Source: a virus
Lineage: Duplodnaviria > Heunggongvirae > Uroviricota > Caudoviricetes
Length of the DNA: 41,435 nucleotides
Strand: one strand, 5' to 3'
Virus record (IMG/VR): IMGVR_UViG_3300028886_000065
This document shows, one piece after another, positions 8,547 to 17,269 of the stretch. Under the pieces are notes generated by a model. The model was not told the origin of the DNA. It did not search any database and was given only the letters and a program-made list of their open reading frames with translations. A program made the position numbers and the translations under genes. Positions within the stretch are counted from its first letter, which is position 1, and each line of letters begins with the position of its first letter.

Positions 8547-8828
8547 TCACGCAAACATATCGGGCGTGACAACTATCTTCTGGTTGATAATCTTGATGTA
8601 ATCTGGATTCAGCTCATAGCCGATAAAGTTCCTGTTGTATGTCCGGGCTACCCTTGCAGTCGTACCGCTACCCATGAACGGATCAAGAATGATACCACCT
8701 TTCGGACAACCTGCAAGGACGCAGGGTATGATAAGCTCTTCGGGATAGACTGCGTAATGGGAATTAGGGTCTGGCTTGGTATTTACAAGCCACACATCAC
8801 GCTTATTCCTGTTAATGTGACAAATCAA
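8547..8828 (-). pseudogene. C-terminal fragment of an N4/N6 (beta-class) DNA methyltransferase
   Basis: HYAVYPEELI...ILDPFMGSGTT...FIGYELN present; catalytic S/DPPY half absent; only a TTG start. Confidence 0.75.
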
Positions 8829-10960
8829 AATGGGACTTCACCTTCTGGAGGCGGTCCAAAAGGGTCATCAGTAGTAGCCACCGTGTCAGTGGCGTTAGTC
8901 GCTGGCTCACCAAACATCACCGTCTGCCTACCAATATCTCCCCTCCAACCATATACTACCTTTTCCTCATTCGTGTTCTTGAACCGACGGCTTTCTATCT
9001 CGTAATACATACCACACAAGAAGTCCTGGACTCCCATCATGCGGTTCTTTGCGACCTCAATGACATTACCGAAATTGTAGAATGTCTTGATGTATTCGAC
9101 ACCAAAGAAATCTCCACCTGTCTTTCTGAAGTCGTTGTTGACGCGATGGATAATGAAGATATTGTCTGCCGCATCGGTAATGTTTCCAGTACCGCTAATG
9201 TCATTCTTTCGGATGAATGTTGTTGTCTTTCGTGGATGGGCAACGAGAATGATATGCACTTTCTCCTTCTTGGCAAAGTCGCATATCTGCTTGATCAGTT
9301 CCTTTTGCTTGTTATTGCTGTCACCGTTGAAGATGTCTATGTCAAGTGAAAATAGATTGTCGAGGATGAAGATTCTGACACCTGCTGCAAGCAGCTCCTT
9401 CATGTCGGCAAATATCTGTTCCCATTTGTTTGAGTATTCGTTATTGTAGAGATAAAACTTTCCGTCAAGCCAGTTATCAATGTCGTGAGAAATCTCGTTC
9501 GGAACAAACCAGTACTGACCATTTAATGACTGACGAAGACATTCCTTTCCTGCAGCCACCATCTGAATCCATGTCTTCAACACATCGGGGCGAAGCTCAC
9601 CACTCCACAATGCACATTTGTACTTCTGTTGAATGGCATTAAGAATCAAAGTATTCAGCCAAGAACTTTTGCCGGAAGAGTTCGAGCCACTAACTATTGT
9701 CAATTCACAGAAGAACAAGCCCTTGATGGCTTTGTCTAACTCCGTAAAGCCAGTCTTGAAATGTTCAATGTCGTTGATGTTGATTTTCTGAATATCTTTC
9801 AACGAAAACCATTTCTTACCCAACTCTGGCGTTTCAGGCTTGATAACTGGCTGTTGCGGCTGTGATACCTGTTGTGGTGCTACTTGTGGTGTACCCGAAA
9901 AGGATAGCGGTCTGTATTGTGGTTGGTATGTCTGCTGATAGTTATGTCTCGGTGCGTATGCGTTAGGGTCAAGCATCTGCCTTACCTCTTGCCATGTGTG
10001 CTGTTGGCAGGAGTTATGAAGACATGTGTACTTGATTGCGCCGCTTGCCATCTGAATGATTGCGGCATCCTTACCTCTATGTTCTTGGTTGAAAAAGCAG
10101 TGGTCTAATACGTACTTCGTCCATTTCGCACAACTCTCTTTCTTATATTGGACGTTATGCTCATTAAGGAACTTCTCTAAGTCAAACAACTCATTGCTTC
10201 CACCGCTATGATAGGGATAGGGCGTTGTGGGCTTTGGCTCTTCTTTCGGTAAAAGTTTCGCTACTGCCTGAAACAGCGAAATGTCATTGACCTTTATCTC
10301 TTTCGGCACATAGACGATTTCTGACATTCGCCACGGACGTTCAGGAAGGTTAGCACCTTTCTTTGCCGTCGTACCGTATAGCTTGCATATTCTTGCTGCG
10401 TTGAATACGGCTTCGTCAATATCTACCTTTTCATCGGTAAACATCAATGAAACCGACTGGAGGAATCGTGAAAGCATGTCTCTCACTTCCTCTGTGTTCG
10501 GCATATCACACTTGTAAATGGTGTGCCAGCCGTTGCCGCTTTTGCAGATTACGGGGTCACTGAAACCTACACTGCGCAAATAGAGGAATACCTGTTGCGC
10601 TTTCTTGTGAGCAAGTTCAAACTCTTCGTCGGTAGCGTTTGTGCCAACCACGCGAACAGGGTCATAATCAATCAATACCCAAGATCGATGTGTGATATTG
10701 TTGTCCGATGTCGTAGTCTTTGGAGACTTCAATATCTTCTCACATTGTGCGCGACCGTAACACCCTTCGTCAATGTCGTTGAGCGTGAAATAGATTTGCT
10801 CATCTGGCAGTTCCTCGTAAGGCTTAATGTCTTCTATGAGCTTGTCTATATTTTTATAGTAGCCACTATATTGGAACTTTCCAAGTATTCTGATTTCAAC
10901 CAACTCGGAATCGTTCTTGAAGACATGCCACCATTGACGCAGGGTATTCTCGTTAATCAT
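8825..10960 (-). CDS. Primase-helicase: AEP-like primase, Zn module and SF4 helicase
   Basis: IDYD and SGNGWH (AEP motifs); CFFNQEH...CLHNSC; Walker A SGSNSSGKS; ILDNL; ILVAHPRK; KNR. Confidence 0.85.
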   Translation of the reverse strand: MINENTLRQWWHVFKNDSELVEIRILGKFQYSGYYKNIDKLIEDIKPYEELPDEQIYFTLNDIDEGCYGRAQCEKILKSPKTTTSDNNITHRSWVLIDYDPVRVVGTNATDEEFELAHKKAQQVFLYLRSVGFSDPVICKSGNGWHTIYKCDMPNTEEVRDMLSRFLQSVSLMFTDEKVDIDEAVFNAARICKLYGTTAKKGANLPERPWRMSEIVYVPKEIKVNDISLFQAVAKLLPKEEPKPTTPYPYHSGGSNELFDLEKFLNEHNVQYKKESCAKWTKYVLDHCFFNQEHRGKDAAIIQMASGAIKYTCLHNSCQQHTWQEVRQMLDPNAYAPRHNYQQTYQPQYRPLSFSGTPQVAPQQVSQPQQPVIKPETPELGKKWFSLKDIQKININDIEHFKTGFTELDKAIKGLFFCELTIVSGSNSSGKSSWLNTLILNAIQQKYKCALWSGELRPDVLKTWIQMVAAGKECLRQSLNGQYWFVPNEISHDIDNWLDGKFYLYNNEYSNKWEQIFADMKELLAAGVRIFILDNLFSLDIDIFNGDSNNKQKELIKQICDFAKKEKVHIILVAHPRKTTTFIRKNDISGTGNITDAADNIFIIHRVNNDFRKTGGDFFGVEYIKTFYNFGNVIEVAKNRMMGVQDFLCGMYYEIESRRFKNTNEEKVVYGWRGDIGRQTVMFGEPATNATDTVATTDDPFGPPPEGEVPF

Positions 10961-11526
10961 TGTCTATTCCTAAGACTTTCACCTCTAAAGACTACAGGTG
11001 TTGTCAATGCACGTAATCTATCTAATGTACGCTCTCCGTACTTCTCTTTTATTTCGTTGATGGAAAGGTTGGTCGTGACAATCAATATCCAATTATTTCG
11101 TTCTGAATCATCCACAAGCTGATTAAAGACATTTCGCCGCTCGCCAAAGTTTCGAGTGTCATATTCAACACCTATATCATCGACAAATACAATAGTGCCT
11201 AACAGTTCGTCGTAATCTCTTGCTATGGAATATGCCCTAATCTTTCCGATTTTTGCATACGAATATGTCTTCTCTATAATTGGAAGGAGGATTCTCTCGC
11301 AAATGAAAGTCTTGCCACGACCGCCATCGCCGATACAGAGTAGCCCTTTGCCTTTATTGTCGGAAAGCCAGTCTGCAACGCAGTCGTATTCCTGCAGCCA
11401 TTCAGCATGTTCACCAAAAAAATATCTCAGACCTCTCTCTATAAGCTCTTTTGAGTTATCCACGCTGATACGCATTGGATCGTTCTTCTGACCGAACAGG
11501 TCTATATCTTCCATCATCATTTCCAT
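10957..11526 (-). CDS. DnaC/IstB-like AAA+ ATPase (helicase-loader type)
   Basis: Walker A GDGGRGKT; Walker B FVDDIG; VTTNL...YGERTLDRL...FRGESLR. Confidence 0.85.
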   Translation of the reverse strand: MEMMMEDIDLFGQKNDPMRISVDNSKELIERGLRYFFGEHAEWLQEYDCVADWLSDNKGKGLLCIGDGGRGKTFICERILLPIIEKTYSYAKIGKIRAYSIARDYDELLGTIVFVDDIGVEYDTRNFGERRNVFNQLVDDSERNNWILIVTTNLSINEIKEKYGERTLDRLRALTTPVVFRGESLRNRQ

Positions 11527-12284
11527 AAATCCATACTATCATACTTTCCAGTATTGTTACCATGCAATATGACACCTATTTCCTCCCTGCTTTGCGGGGA
11601 GCTGGTGTTTTCGCATCGTTTTCTCTCCCATGTTCTACAAGCAGCTCGCCAGTCTTTCATCTTATTCTTCCCTACAAGCCAGCCTTTACTCTCATAGAAG
11701 TTCACGAAAGCATCGGCATCGAAGTGAAATCCCTGTTCAAGAATAAAGGAATGCACCTCATCTACCGTTGGCGGCACAAATAACCGCGATTTCTTCTTAC
11801 TTGCGATAGCAAGTTCTTCTTTTTCTTTTTCTAATTGTTCTATTCTTTCTTCTAATTCTTTTATTCTTTGTATGTGGTTGTTCTCATTATATGTTGCTGG
11901 TTGATTGCTGGTTGATTGCTGGTTGATTGCTGGTTGATTGCTGGTTGATTGCTGGGTGGTCGTTTCCGAAGAGCGTTTCCAACTATCATATTTACAGATA
12001 GTTATAACACTAAACTTGTTGGTTGATTGCTGGTTGATTTCACCGCTTTTTATTAAGTGGTCGATGGCGGTTCGTATTCCTTGCTCACTTATACCTAAGT
12101 CGGAAGATAGTTGTTTTCTTCCTGTTACAACCTGTCCTCTCAATACCTTCACTCCCATATATTCACCATCCTGATTTTGGGCTTTTAATAGAAGGTGAAA
12201 AAAAACACGGAACGTATTGGCATCACGATACCAACCCCACTTTTCTATTTCACGCGATATAAGCATATAACCTTTGCTATTCAA
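11517..12284 (-). CDS. Phage replication initiator (lambda O/DnaD-like)
   Basis: N-terminal winged HTH (RGQVVTGRKQLSSDLGISEQGIRTAI); internal repeats; C-terminal FVPPTVDEV...FYESKGW...MKDWRAACRTWE. Confidence 0.8.
   Translation of the reverse strand: MNSKGYMLISREIEKWGWYRDANTFRVFFHLLLKAQNQDGEYMGVKVLRGQVVTGRKQLSSDLGISEQGIRTAIDHLIKSGEINQQSTNKFSVITICKYDSWKRSSETTTQQSTSNQPAINQQSTSNQPATYNENNHIQRIKELEERIEQLEKEKEELAIASKKKSRLFVPPTVDEVHSFILEQGFHFDADAFVNFYESKGWLVGKNKMKDWRAACRTWERKRCENTSSPQSREEIGVILHGNNTGKYDSMDLWK
11896..11955. repeat. Tandem 11-bp repeat (GCTGGTTGATT x5 plus a partial copy), iteron-like
   Basis: Five perfect copies at 11896-11950; about two more at 12019-12039. Confidence 0.9.
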
Positions 12285-12361
12285 AACAATTCAAATTTAG
12301 TAGTGACGTGCGAAACCAATCACACGGCACTTGAGTGATAGCGTCTTTGGTCGGACACCTT

Positions 12362-12649
12362 TCAGTAATCAATACGCAGTTGAACGACTTTCAAACCATT
12401 TCTCCTGCAAGCCTCAAAGTAGGCAGGAATAAAGGTATTCGCGTCGAACCAACGCTTACCCATACAATGAAGAATCCAATCATCCTCGTCAAGACGATCA
12501 CTTTCAATAACGTAGTCTGACCAGGCATTGAACATATCACCCGATGGAGAAAGAAACCAATCATTGTTGAAATCCTCATAACCATCAGGACATTCATTAC
12601 GCATACGACCACCAATCTTATGACGTGTGTCTATAATCCTATCGTTCAT
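12362..12649 (-). CDS. Hypothetical protein (95 aa)
   Basis: Fits the operon; conserved-looking DWILH...WFDANTFIPAY. Confidence 0.7.
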   Translation of the reverse strand: MNDRIIDTRHKIGGRMRNECPDGYEDFNNDWFLSPSGDMFNAWSDYVIESDRLDEDDWILHCMGKRWFDANTFIPAYFEACRRNGLKVVQLRIDY

Positions 12650-12663
12650 GTATGTTCATCTTT

Positions 12664-12852
12664 TTATATGAGCCTAATATCATTCAACTTACCGTTGTAG
12701 CCAAGTGTGCGAGCCAATGAATATGCGTCTGACTTACTGAAACCAGTAACAACAACAAATTCATCGGCTATCACACATATATACTCTTTTCGACTAACCA
12801 CGTCTTCCGCAGTGTGGCCAAATCTTACATCAACGGACTGCTTCTTATCCAT
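12664..12852 (-). CDS. Hypothetical protein (62 aa)
   Basis: ATG start; fits the operon. Confidence 0.55.
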   Translation of the reverse strand: MDKKQSVDVRFGHTAEDVVSRKEYICVIADEFVVVTGFSKSDAYSLARTLGYNGKLNDIRLI

Positions 12853-12877
12853 TAACCTTCGGAATTGTGGTTGTCAA

Positions 12878-13312
12878 TCAGAATGGCAGAACTTCCGCAC
12901 CAACGTCACCGTGCGGTGCTTGTCCTTGAGGTTGTGGGGGGAATGGTGATGCACTCTGCTGAGGTGGCGGTGCTGCTACCTGTTGAGCTTGTACCGTAGG
13001 TTGAGGTTGTGCCACAACAGTTTGTGCCTGTTGTTGCGAACCATGTTTTGTAACATTAAAACAGGAAATCCTCGGAAACCATCTGCCGTTCCATTCACGA
13101 CCGTCAATATCGAAACTGATAGTTACGGTCTCGCCAATCTGGATATTGAACAGTTTAAGCCTATCCTCTCCAAATACCTCAAAAGGTATCTTCTTAGGAT
13201 ATTGCTCAATGGTTTCAAGAACGAATGTTTGAGTACACCACGGATTTCCAGTACGTTGCGATACGCCACTATTCGCTGGCAATATCGCTATAATCTTTCC
13301 AGTTGCTTCCAT
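12878..13312 (-). CDS. DUF3127 OB-fold single-stranded DNA-binding-like protein
   Basis: GVSQRTGNPW...QYPKKIPFEVFGED...SFDIDGREWNGRWF; Q/P-rich linker ending in LPF. Confidence 0.85.
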   Translation of the reverse strand: MEATGKIIAILPANSGVSQRTGNPWCTQTFVLETIEQYPKKIPFEVFGEDRLKLFNIQIGETVTISFDIDGREWNGRWFPRISCFNVTKHGSQQQAQTVVAQPQPTVQAQQVAAPPPQQSASPFPPQPQGQAPHGDVGAEVLPF

Positions 13313-13314
13313 TT

Positions 13315-14145
13315 TTACTTGTATTCGTTAATGATAGACGGCATGTTGTTTATGCGGTTAATCTGCTCACGGAGATAGTCAACACCAAGTTTCGTGCGTT
13401 CCAAGAGAAGTTCCTGCATTTCCTTTTCGGCAGGAATACGCAGCACCTTCAGTTGCTTCGACTTCGAGGTGCGAGGGTCGTAACTGATAAAGTCACAGAA
13501 ATCAACATTGTAGCCAAACTCACGTTCAACGCAGATCATGTTGTACTGACACTGGACGTAATACTGGAGGTTGTCCTCTTTCAAGTCATCTGGCTTCTCA
13601 AACAGGAAGTGACGCATGTGTACGGATGGATTGAACGGACATTTAATCTCAATGATTCCGTTTGTTCGTCCATCTGTTTGCGCATCGTTGTTTTCCCGCA
13701 ATGAATCACCACCTAAACGAATCACGCCATCTGGCGAACCACCTGCGAAGTTCTCAAAATCTTTTAGGGCGATAAAAGGTGCGTCGAGGATTTCAAATCC
13801 TGTTACTTCCTTGTATCTGTTCCTTGCGCCCTCTTCCCAGAAAGTTCCCCACTGCATCGCCTTGGTCTCAAACTTACACTCTTCCATGTATTCGATGAAA
13901 GAGTTTTCCGGCATATACATTTCGGCAATCTTCTCGTCGAGATAAGTGTAGGTTCCAGAACTGAAAGGAACTTCTTTCGTGGTGACACGGCTCTTAGGAT
14001 TGGTCTTCTTCCATTCTGCAAGTTCGTCATCAGTCATTGCTACCTTGCTATTGTTCAGCAATACGTAACATTCCGATGCTGTGATTTTGCCTTTTCTGGC
14101 AAGATACCACTCTCGCGTTCGTTGCAAATCGTTTGCCATAATCAA
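13315..14145 (-). CDS. YqaJ/lambda-Exo-like recombination exonuclease
   Basis: WYLARKGKITAS; MQWGTFWE; GSPDG; IEIKCP; YYVQCQ. Confidence 0.9.
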   Translation of the reverse strand: MIMANDLQRTREWYLARKGKITASECYVLLNNSKVAMTDDELAEWKKTNPKSRVTTKEVPFSSGTYTYLDEKIAEMYMPENSFIEYMEECKFETKAMQWGTFWEEGARNRYKEVTGFEILDAPFIALKDFENFAGGSPDGVIRLGGDSLRENNDAQTDGRTNGIIEIKCPFNPSVHMRHFLFEKPDDLKEDNLQYYVQCQYNMICVEREFGYNVDFCDFISYDPRTSKSKQLKVLRIPAEKEMQELLLERTKLGVDYLREQINRINNMPSIINEYK

Positions 14146-14990
14146 TTAGCCGTTGTGCCAGCCGCATCAGCGGGTGGTTGGTTGAACAAATCACTGCTTG
14201 GGTCAACCTCTTCGGCGGTCGCGTCCTGAATGGATGGCTCGTTGTCAACGTAGTCAGCAGCAAAGTAGTCTATATTCAAGTCTTCCACATTGTCGGAATT
14301 TACTTTGACGGCAGCTTGATCGAACCTAAGAGCATTGACCATTTCAATGGACTTCGGTGCATACTTGAGGATAGACTTTAAGACGGTCTTGCAACCCATT
14401 TCGTCATAGTTTGTCTTCCAAGGCGAAGTCCATCCTTTCTGTACGGCTTGGGAATACCTCTGCGCGTGCTTGTCAACTTGTTCTTTCGTCCAGTAAGCAC
14501 ACTTTACGAAACCATTGATTAGTTCAAATTTAGCATAATAGCCAATAACGGTGTCAGACTTCTTCTTTGACTTGTCAAACACCCAATCCTCGTTGAACTC
14601 GTCACCACTGACAAGTTCACCGTCATGGACGGGAACGGTAAGAATGCGCTTGAACTGACCACTACGCTGACAGAGCTGAAGCAGTCCAAGGTAGCCAACC
14701 TGTATCTGTGCCTTTGCACCGTAGGGGATGATGTAGCATTGACCAAGTGTGGGGACAACTTGCAACTGCAAGGTCGCTGCAACCATGGCCGAGCCTACAA
14801 CAGACATAGCATCGCACTTCCTCAGATTCGGATTTCCGTTGACAATAGAGATAAGTGACGATGAGAAACTGGCGGCGATATTGGGATTACCCCACACCGC
14901 GTTCAACTTTGACACCATCGCGGGCATCGCCATAATGTCAGATACCGTTTTCTTTGGTTGCTGTGTCGCAACCTGCGTGTTGTTTGCCAT
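14142..14990 (-). CDS. recT: RecT-family single-strand annealing protein
   Basis: LGQCYIIPY...QVGYLGLLQLCQRSGQF; W..NYDEMGCKTVLK. Confidence 0.92.
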   Translation of the reverse strand: MANNTQVATQQPKKTVSDIMAMPAMVSKLNAVWGNPNIAASFSSSLISIVNGNPNLRKCDAMSVVGSAMVAATLQLQVVPTLGQCYIIPYGAKAQIQVGYLGLLQLCQRSGQFKRILTVPVHDGELVSGDEFNEDWVFDKSKKKSDTVIGYYAKFELINGFVKCAYWTKEQVDKHAQRYSQAVQKGWTSPWKTNYDEMGCKTVLKSILKYAPKSIEMVNALRFDQAAVKVNSDNVEDLNIDYFAADYVDNEPSIQDATAEEVDPSSDLFNQPPADAAGTTAN

Positions 14991-15000
14991 AAAAATAACG

Positions 15001-15777
15001 TTATTTAATTGGTGAATAATCTGTCAGTCCGAGAATGGAGAAATAACCCCTTGCAGGATCGTCTGGAAACACATTTGAAAAGTATTCATACAAAGACTTT
15101 CCAAATTTCCAAGACATGTTCGGACTTTCAAGTAGTTCATGGTCGGAGATTGTCTTCAGCAATTCGCTGTTCAATGGAATATAGGTCTTTGTGGCATCGA
15201 ATACTTCCGGCTTTGTTTCTGACCAGATAGCCGTACCGAATGGACGTGGGCGAACCATCATCATCACGAAACGCACAAACTTGTTTGGCAGGTATTCAAT
15301 AGATGTTGGCATCTGACCAATGCCAGAGAACATATCACACAGCACTTCAAGCGTTGCGTCACGAACATCGGTAGTTTCCATTTCCTTGATGCCGGACAAA
15401 ACTTCTTGAAGAATGGTGCTTCCGTTGGAGTAAATCTTGTAAAGCCTACCCATCAACTGCCACCAGCTATGCAGGGTGTGGTTGGTCGTGAACTTGTTAT
15501 AGACCTGCTGAAAGCGAGTCCAGTTCTTGCTCTTGTTAAGGACATATCCAAGAGGATTTCCATTGAACTTGTTATATGCCCACATAGCATTAGTGACACC
15601 CTCACTGCGAACACCTATGTTAAGCCAGCAAGCGGATATAGCCATGATTTCTATATCCTCAATAGTTCTATATTCCGAAACATACTGCTCAATGTTCTGC
15701 TGAATGAAGTATCGTTCAGCAGAACAAGCATAATGTATAAGATTGTCTTTTGTTATCATCATCTGGTTATGGCGCAT
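15001..15777 (-). CDS. Divergent DUF2400 (TIGR02757)-like protein
   Basis: DIEIMA...RFVMMMVR...IW...YIPLN...FPDDPARGYFSILGL follows the family pattern (LRWMVR, IPLD, PEDPVKYDFALFG). Confidence 0.6.
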   Translation of the reverse strand: MRHNQMMITKDNLIHYACSAERYFIQQNIEQYVSEYRTIEDIEIMAISACWLNIGVRSEGVTNAMWAYNKFNGNPLGYVLNKSKNWTRFQQVYNKFTTNHTLHSWWQLMGRLYKIYSNGSTILQEVLSGIKEMETTDVRDATLEVLCDMFSGIGQMPTSIEYLPNKFVRFVMMMVRPRPFGTAIWSETKPEVFDATKTYIPLNSELLKTISDHELLESPNMSWKFGKSLYEYFSNVFPDDPARGYFSILGLTDYSPIK

Positions 15778-15794
15778 GTATGCACAAAGAGAAC

Positions 15795-15829
15795 AAAAAA
15801 AGTCAGCCTAATCTCACGACTAAGCTGAC
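15795..15829 (-). terminator. Intrinsic terminator with a GTGA tetraloop
   Basis: GTCAGCTTAGTC-GTGA-GATTAGGCTGAC followed by T7. Confidence 0.8.
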
Positions 15830-15900
15830 CTCCTACAAATTACTTTGTAACGTCTAATTAAAAAAAACATGGTTAAGAATGTATAGAATAGAAACGGGAG

Positions 15901-16305
15901 TTAATCAAAGAGGCTGGGTGATTGGGAATCTCGTCGCTCAACACCGCCAACCTCAACAAGTGTGAACTCTATCCTGGGATTGTTCTTGTCAATGAACTTG
16001 TTCGCAACAATCTTCACACAGTTTCTGTCATTCTTGATGGCCTTGCAACCCTGCAAGCAGTCAAGTAATCCCTTTAACGAATTATCCAAGTCAGGCTGGT
16101 TGCTCTGGAAATATACATCGGCATAAAGCTCAAAGAAACCTTGAATGTTACGATTCCTATAAGCACCACACTGGAGAAAGAAGTTCTTCTCGTAAGTCTT
16201 CATTGCGGTGGTCTTTCCAAGAGAAGCGTGACCGCCAATGGTGATAATCCTATAGCAGTTACTCTTGCTCGGTACACTGCCCAATATCACTTGTTCATGT
16301 TTCAT
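15901..16305 (-). CDS. rusA: RusA-like Holliday junction resolvase
   Basis: GSVPSKSN; PDLDNSLKGLLDCL...IKNDR...IDKNNPRIEF; start set at MKHEQ (16305). Confidence 0.85.
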   Translation of the reverse strand: MKHEQVILGSVPSKSNCYRIITIGGHASLGKTTAMKTYEKNFFLQCGAYRNRNIQGFFELYADVYFQSNQPDLDNSLKGLLDCLQGCKAIKNDRNCVKIVANKFIDKNNPRIEFTLVEVGGVERRDSQSPSLFD

Positions 16306-16324
16306 ATTATATATCGTTCTGTAT

Positions 16325-16492
16325 TTACCTGCGTCGTAATACCCAATTTTCGCACTCAAATTGCATACCCAAATACGCAGCCTTTTTCAATCCAGCTTTC
16401 ACATCATCGCGTGTATAACTGCATACAATACCGTCTTCAATCTCATCCAAGATGTCCTCGGCAATCTGGGTTGCTTGTTCATTCCAGTTCAT
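16325..16492 (-). CDS. Hypothetical protein (55 aa; not in ORF track)
   Basis: MNWNEQATQIAEDILDEIEDGIVCSYTRDDVKAGLKKAAYLGMQFECENWVLRRR*. Confidence 0.6.
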   Translation of the reverse strand: MNWNEQATQIAEDILDEIEDGIVCSYTRDDVKAGLKKAAYLGMQFECENWVLRRR

Positions 16493-16530
16493 ATCAAATG
16501 TTGTTTAGTGTAACTCATAATAGAACAAAG

Positions 16531-16563
16531 AAAAAGTCCACCTATTTTCACAAACAAGTGGAC
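16531..16563 (-). terminator. Intrinsic terminator with a GTGA tetraloop
   Basis: GTCCACTTGTTT-GTGA-AAATAGGTGGAC followed by TTTTT. Confidence 0.75.
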
Positions 16564-16928
16564 GCAGTGGTTAAAAATTCATCAGTTATGTATCGTGTAT
16601 CTACGATAGCTCATACAAATAGCCACACCACCGTATTGTGATGGGGCTGCGGCACACCGATTGTCTGGCCATTTGCCAGAGAATCTGAATACACACCCTA
16701 AAAAAAGTTTTGAGAAAATGGGTCGTGGAAGTGCGCTACCACTCTCTCTCGTCCTGCAATAGTCGATCGTCATGCTACATATTCTTGAGCAATCAGACGT
16801 GATGAAGCAGATAGTAAATGTATGGCAGAACTTCTAATGGACATACCAAACGACCCCGTGCGAATCGAACGAACATGACGTTGAGTGTTTTATAGGGAGT
16901 TTCCTTTACGTCGAATTACTCTCCCTTG

Positions 16929-17003
16929 TTGCGGAAGGGCAGGACTCGAACCTGCGACCTCTGGCTTATGAAACCAGCGAGCTACCAACTGCTCCACCCC
17001 GCA
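16929..17003 (-). tRNA. tRNA-Met(CAT), initiator-like body with an irregular acceptor stem
   Basis: D-arm GAGC-AGTTGGTA-GCTC; anticodon arm CTGGT-TTCATAA-GCCAG; T-arm GCAGG-TTCGAGT-CCTGC; 3' strand CCTTCCGCA is 2 nt too long; no encoded CCA. Confidence 0.75.
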
Positions 17004-17008
17004 ATGTT

Positions 17009-17039
17009 AAAAACCAACCTATTTTCACAAACTGGTTGG
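17009..17039 (-). terminator. GTGA-loop hairpin with a U-tract between the two tRNAs
   Basis: CCAACCAGTTT-GTGA-AAATAGGTTGG followed by TTTTT; one mismatch. Confidence 0.6.
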
Positions 17040-17129
17040 ATAAAATGATTTAATGAAATATAATGAATTACCGTTTTACCTATAACCAACTACTTTCACA
17101 AGCTGTAAGGTTATCTTCAAGTTACGTTG

Positions 17130-17203
17130 TCAGTCTGGATGGACTTGAACCATCGACCTCCACATTATCAGTGTGGTGCTCTAACCAACTGAGCTACAAA
17201 CTG
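17130..17203 (-). tRNA. tRNA-Ile(GAT)
   Basis: Acceptor CAGTTTG/CAGACTG; D-arm GCTC..GAGC; anticodon arm CCACA-CTGATAA-TGTGG; T-arm GATGG-TTCAAGT-CCATC; no encoded CCA. Confidence 0.92.
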
Positions 17204-17269
17204 AGATATGCCGCGTACTGCGCTACCAGTATCTTTTATATATAATATAGGTATATATATAGGAGACAT

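Noticed and set aside
11896-11955. Tandem repeat as a CRISPR array
   Set aside because: 11-bp units with no spacers, inside a CDS, and no cas genes.
16579-16585. CTGATGA on the minus strand as a hammerhead ribozyme core
   Set aside because: No stem II pairing between the bases after CTGATGA and those before the next GAAA.
16582-16773. 63-aa ORF between the terminator and tRNA-Met
   Set aside because: No recognisable motif, atypical composition, and it lies among hairpins; kept as intergenic.
16850-16875. Third tRNA (GTTCGATTCGCACGGGGTC on the minus strand)
   Set aside because: Only a T-arm-like fragment with a mismatch; no D-arm, anticodon arm or acceptor partner found.
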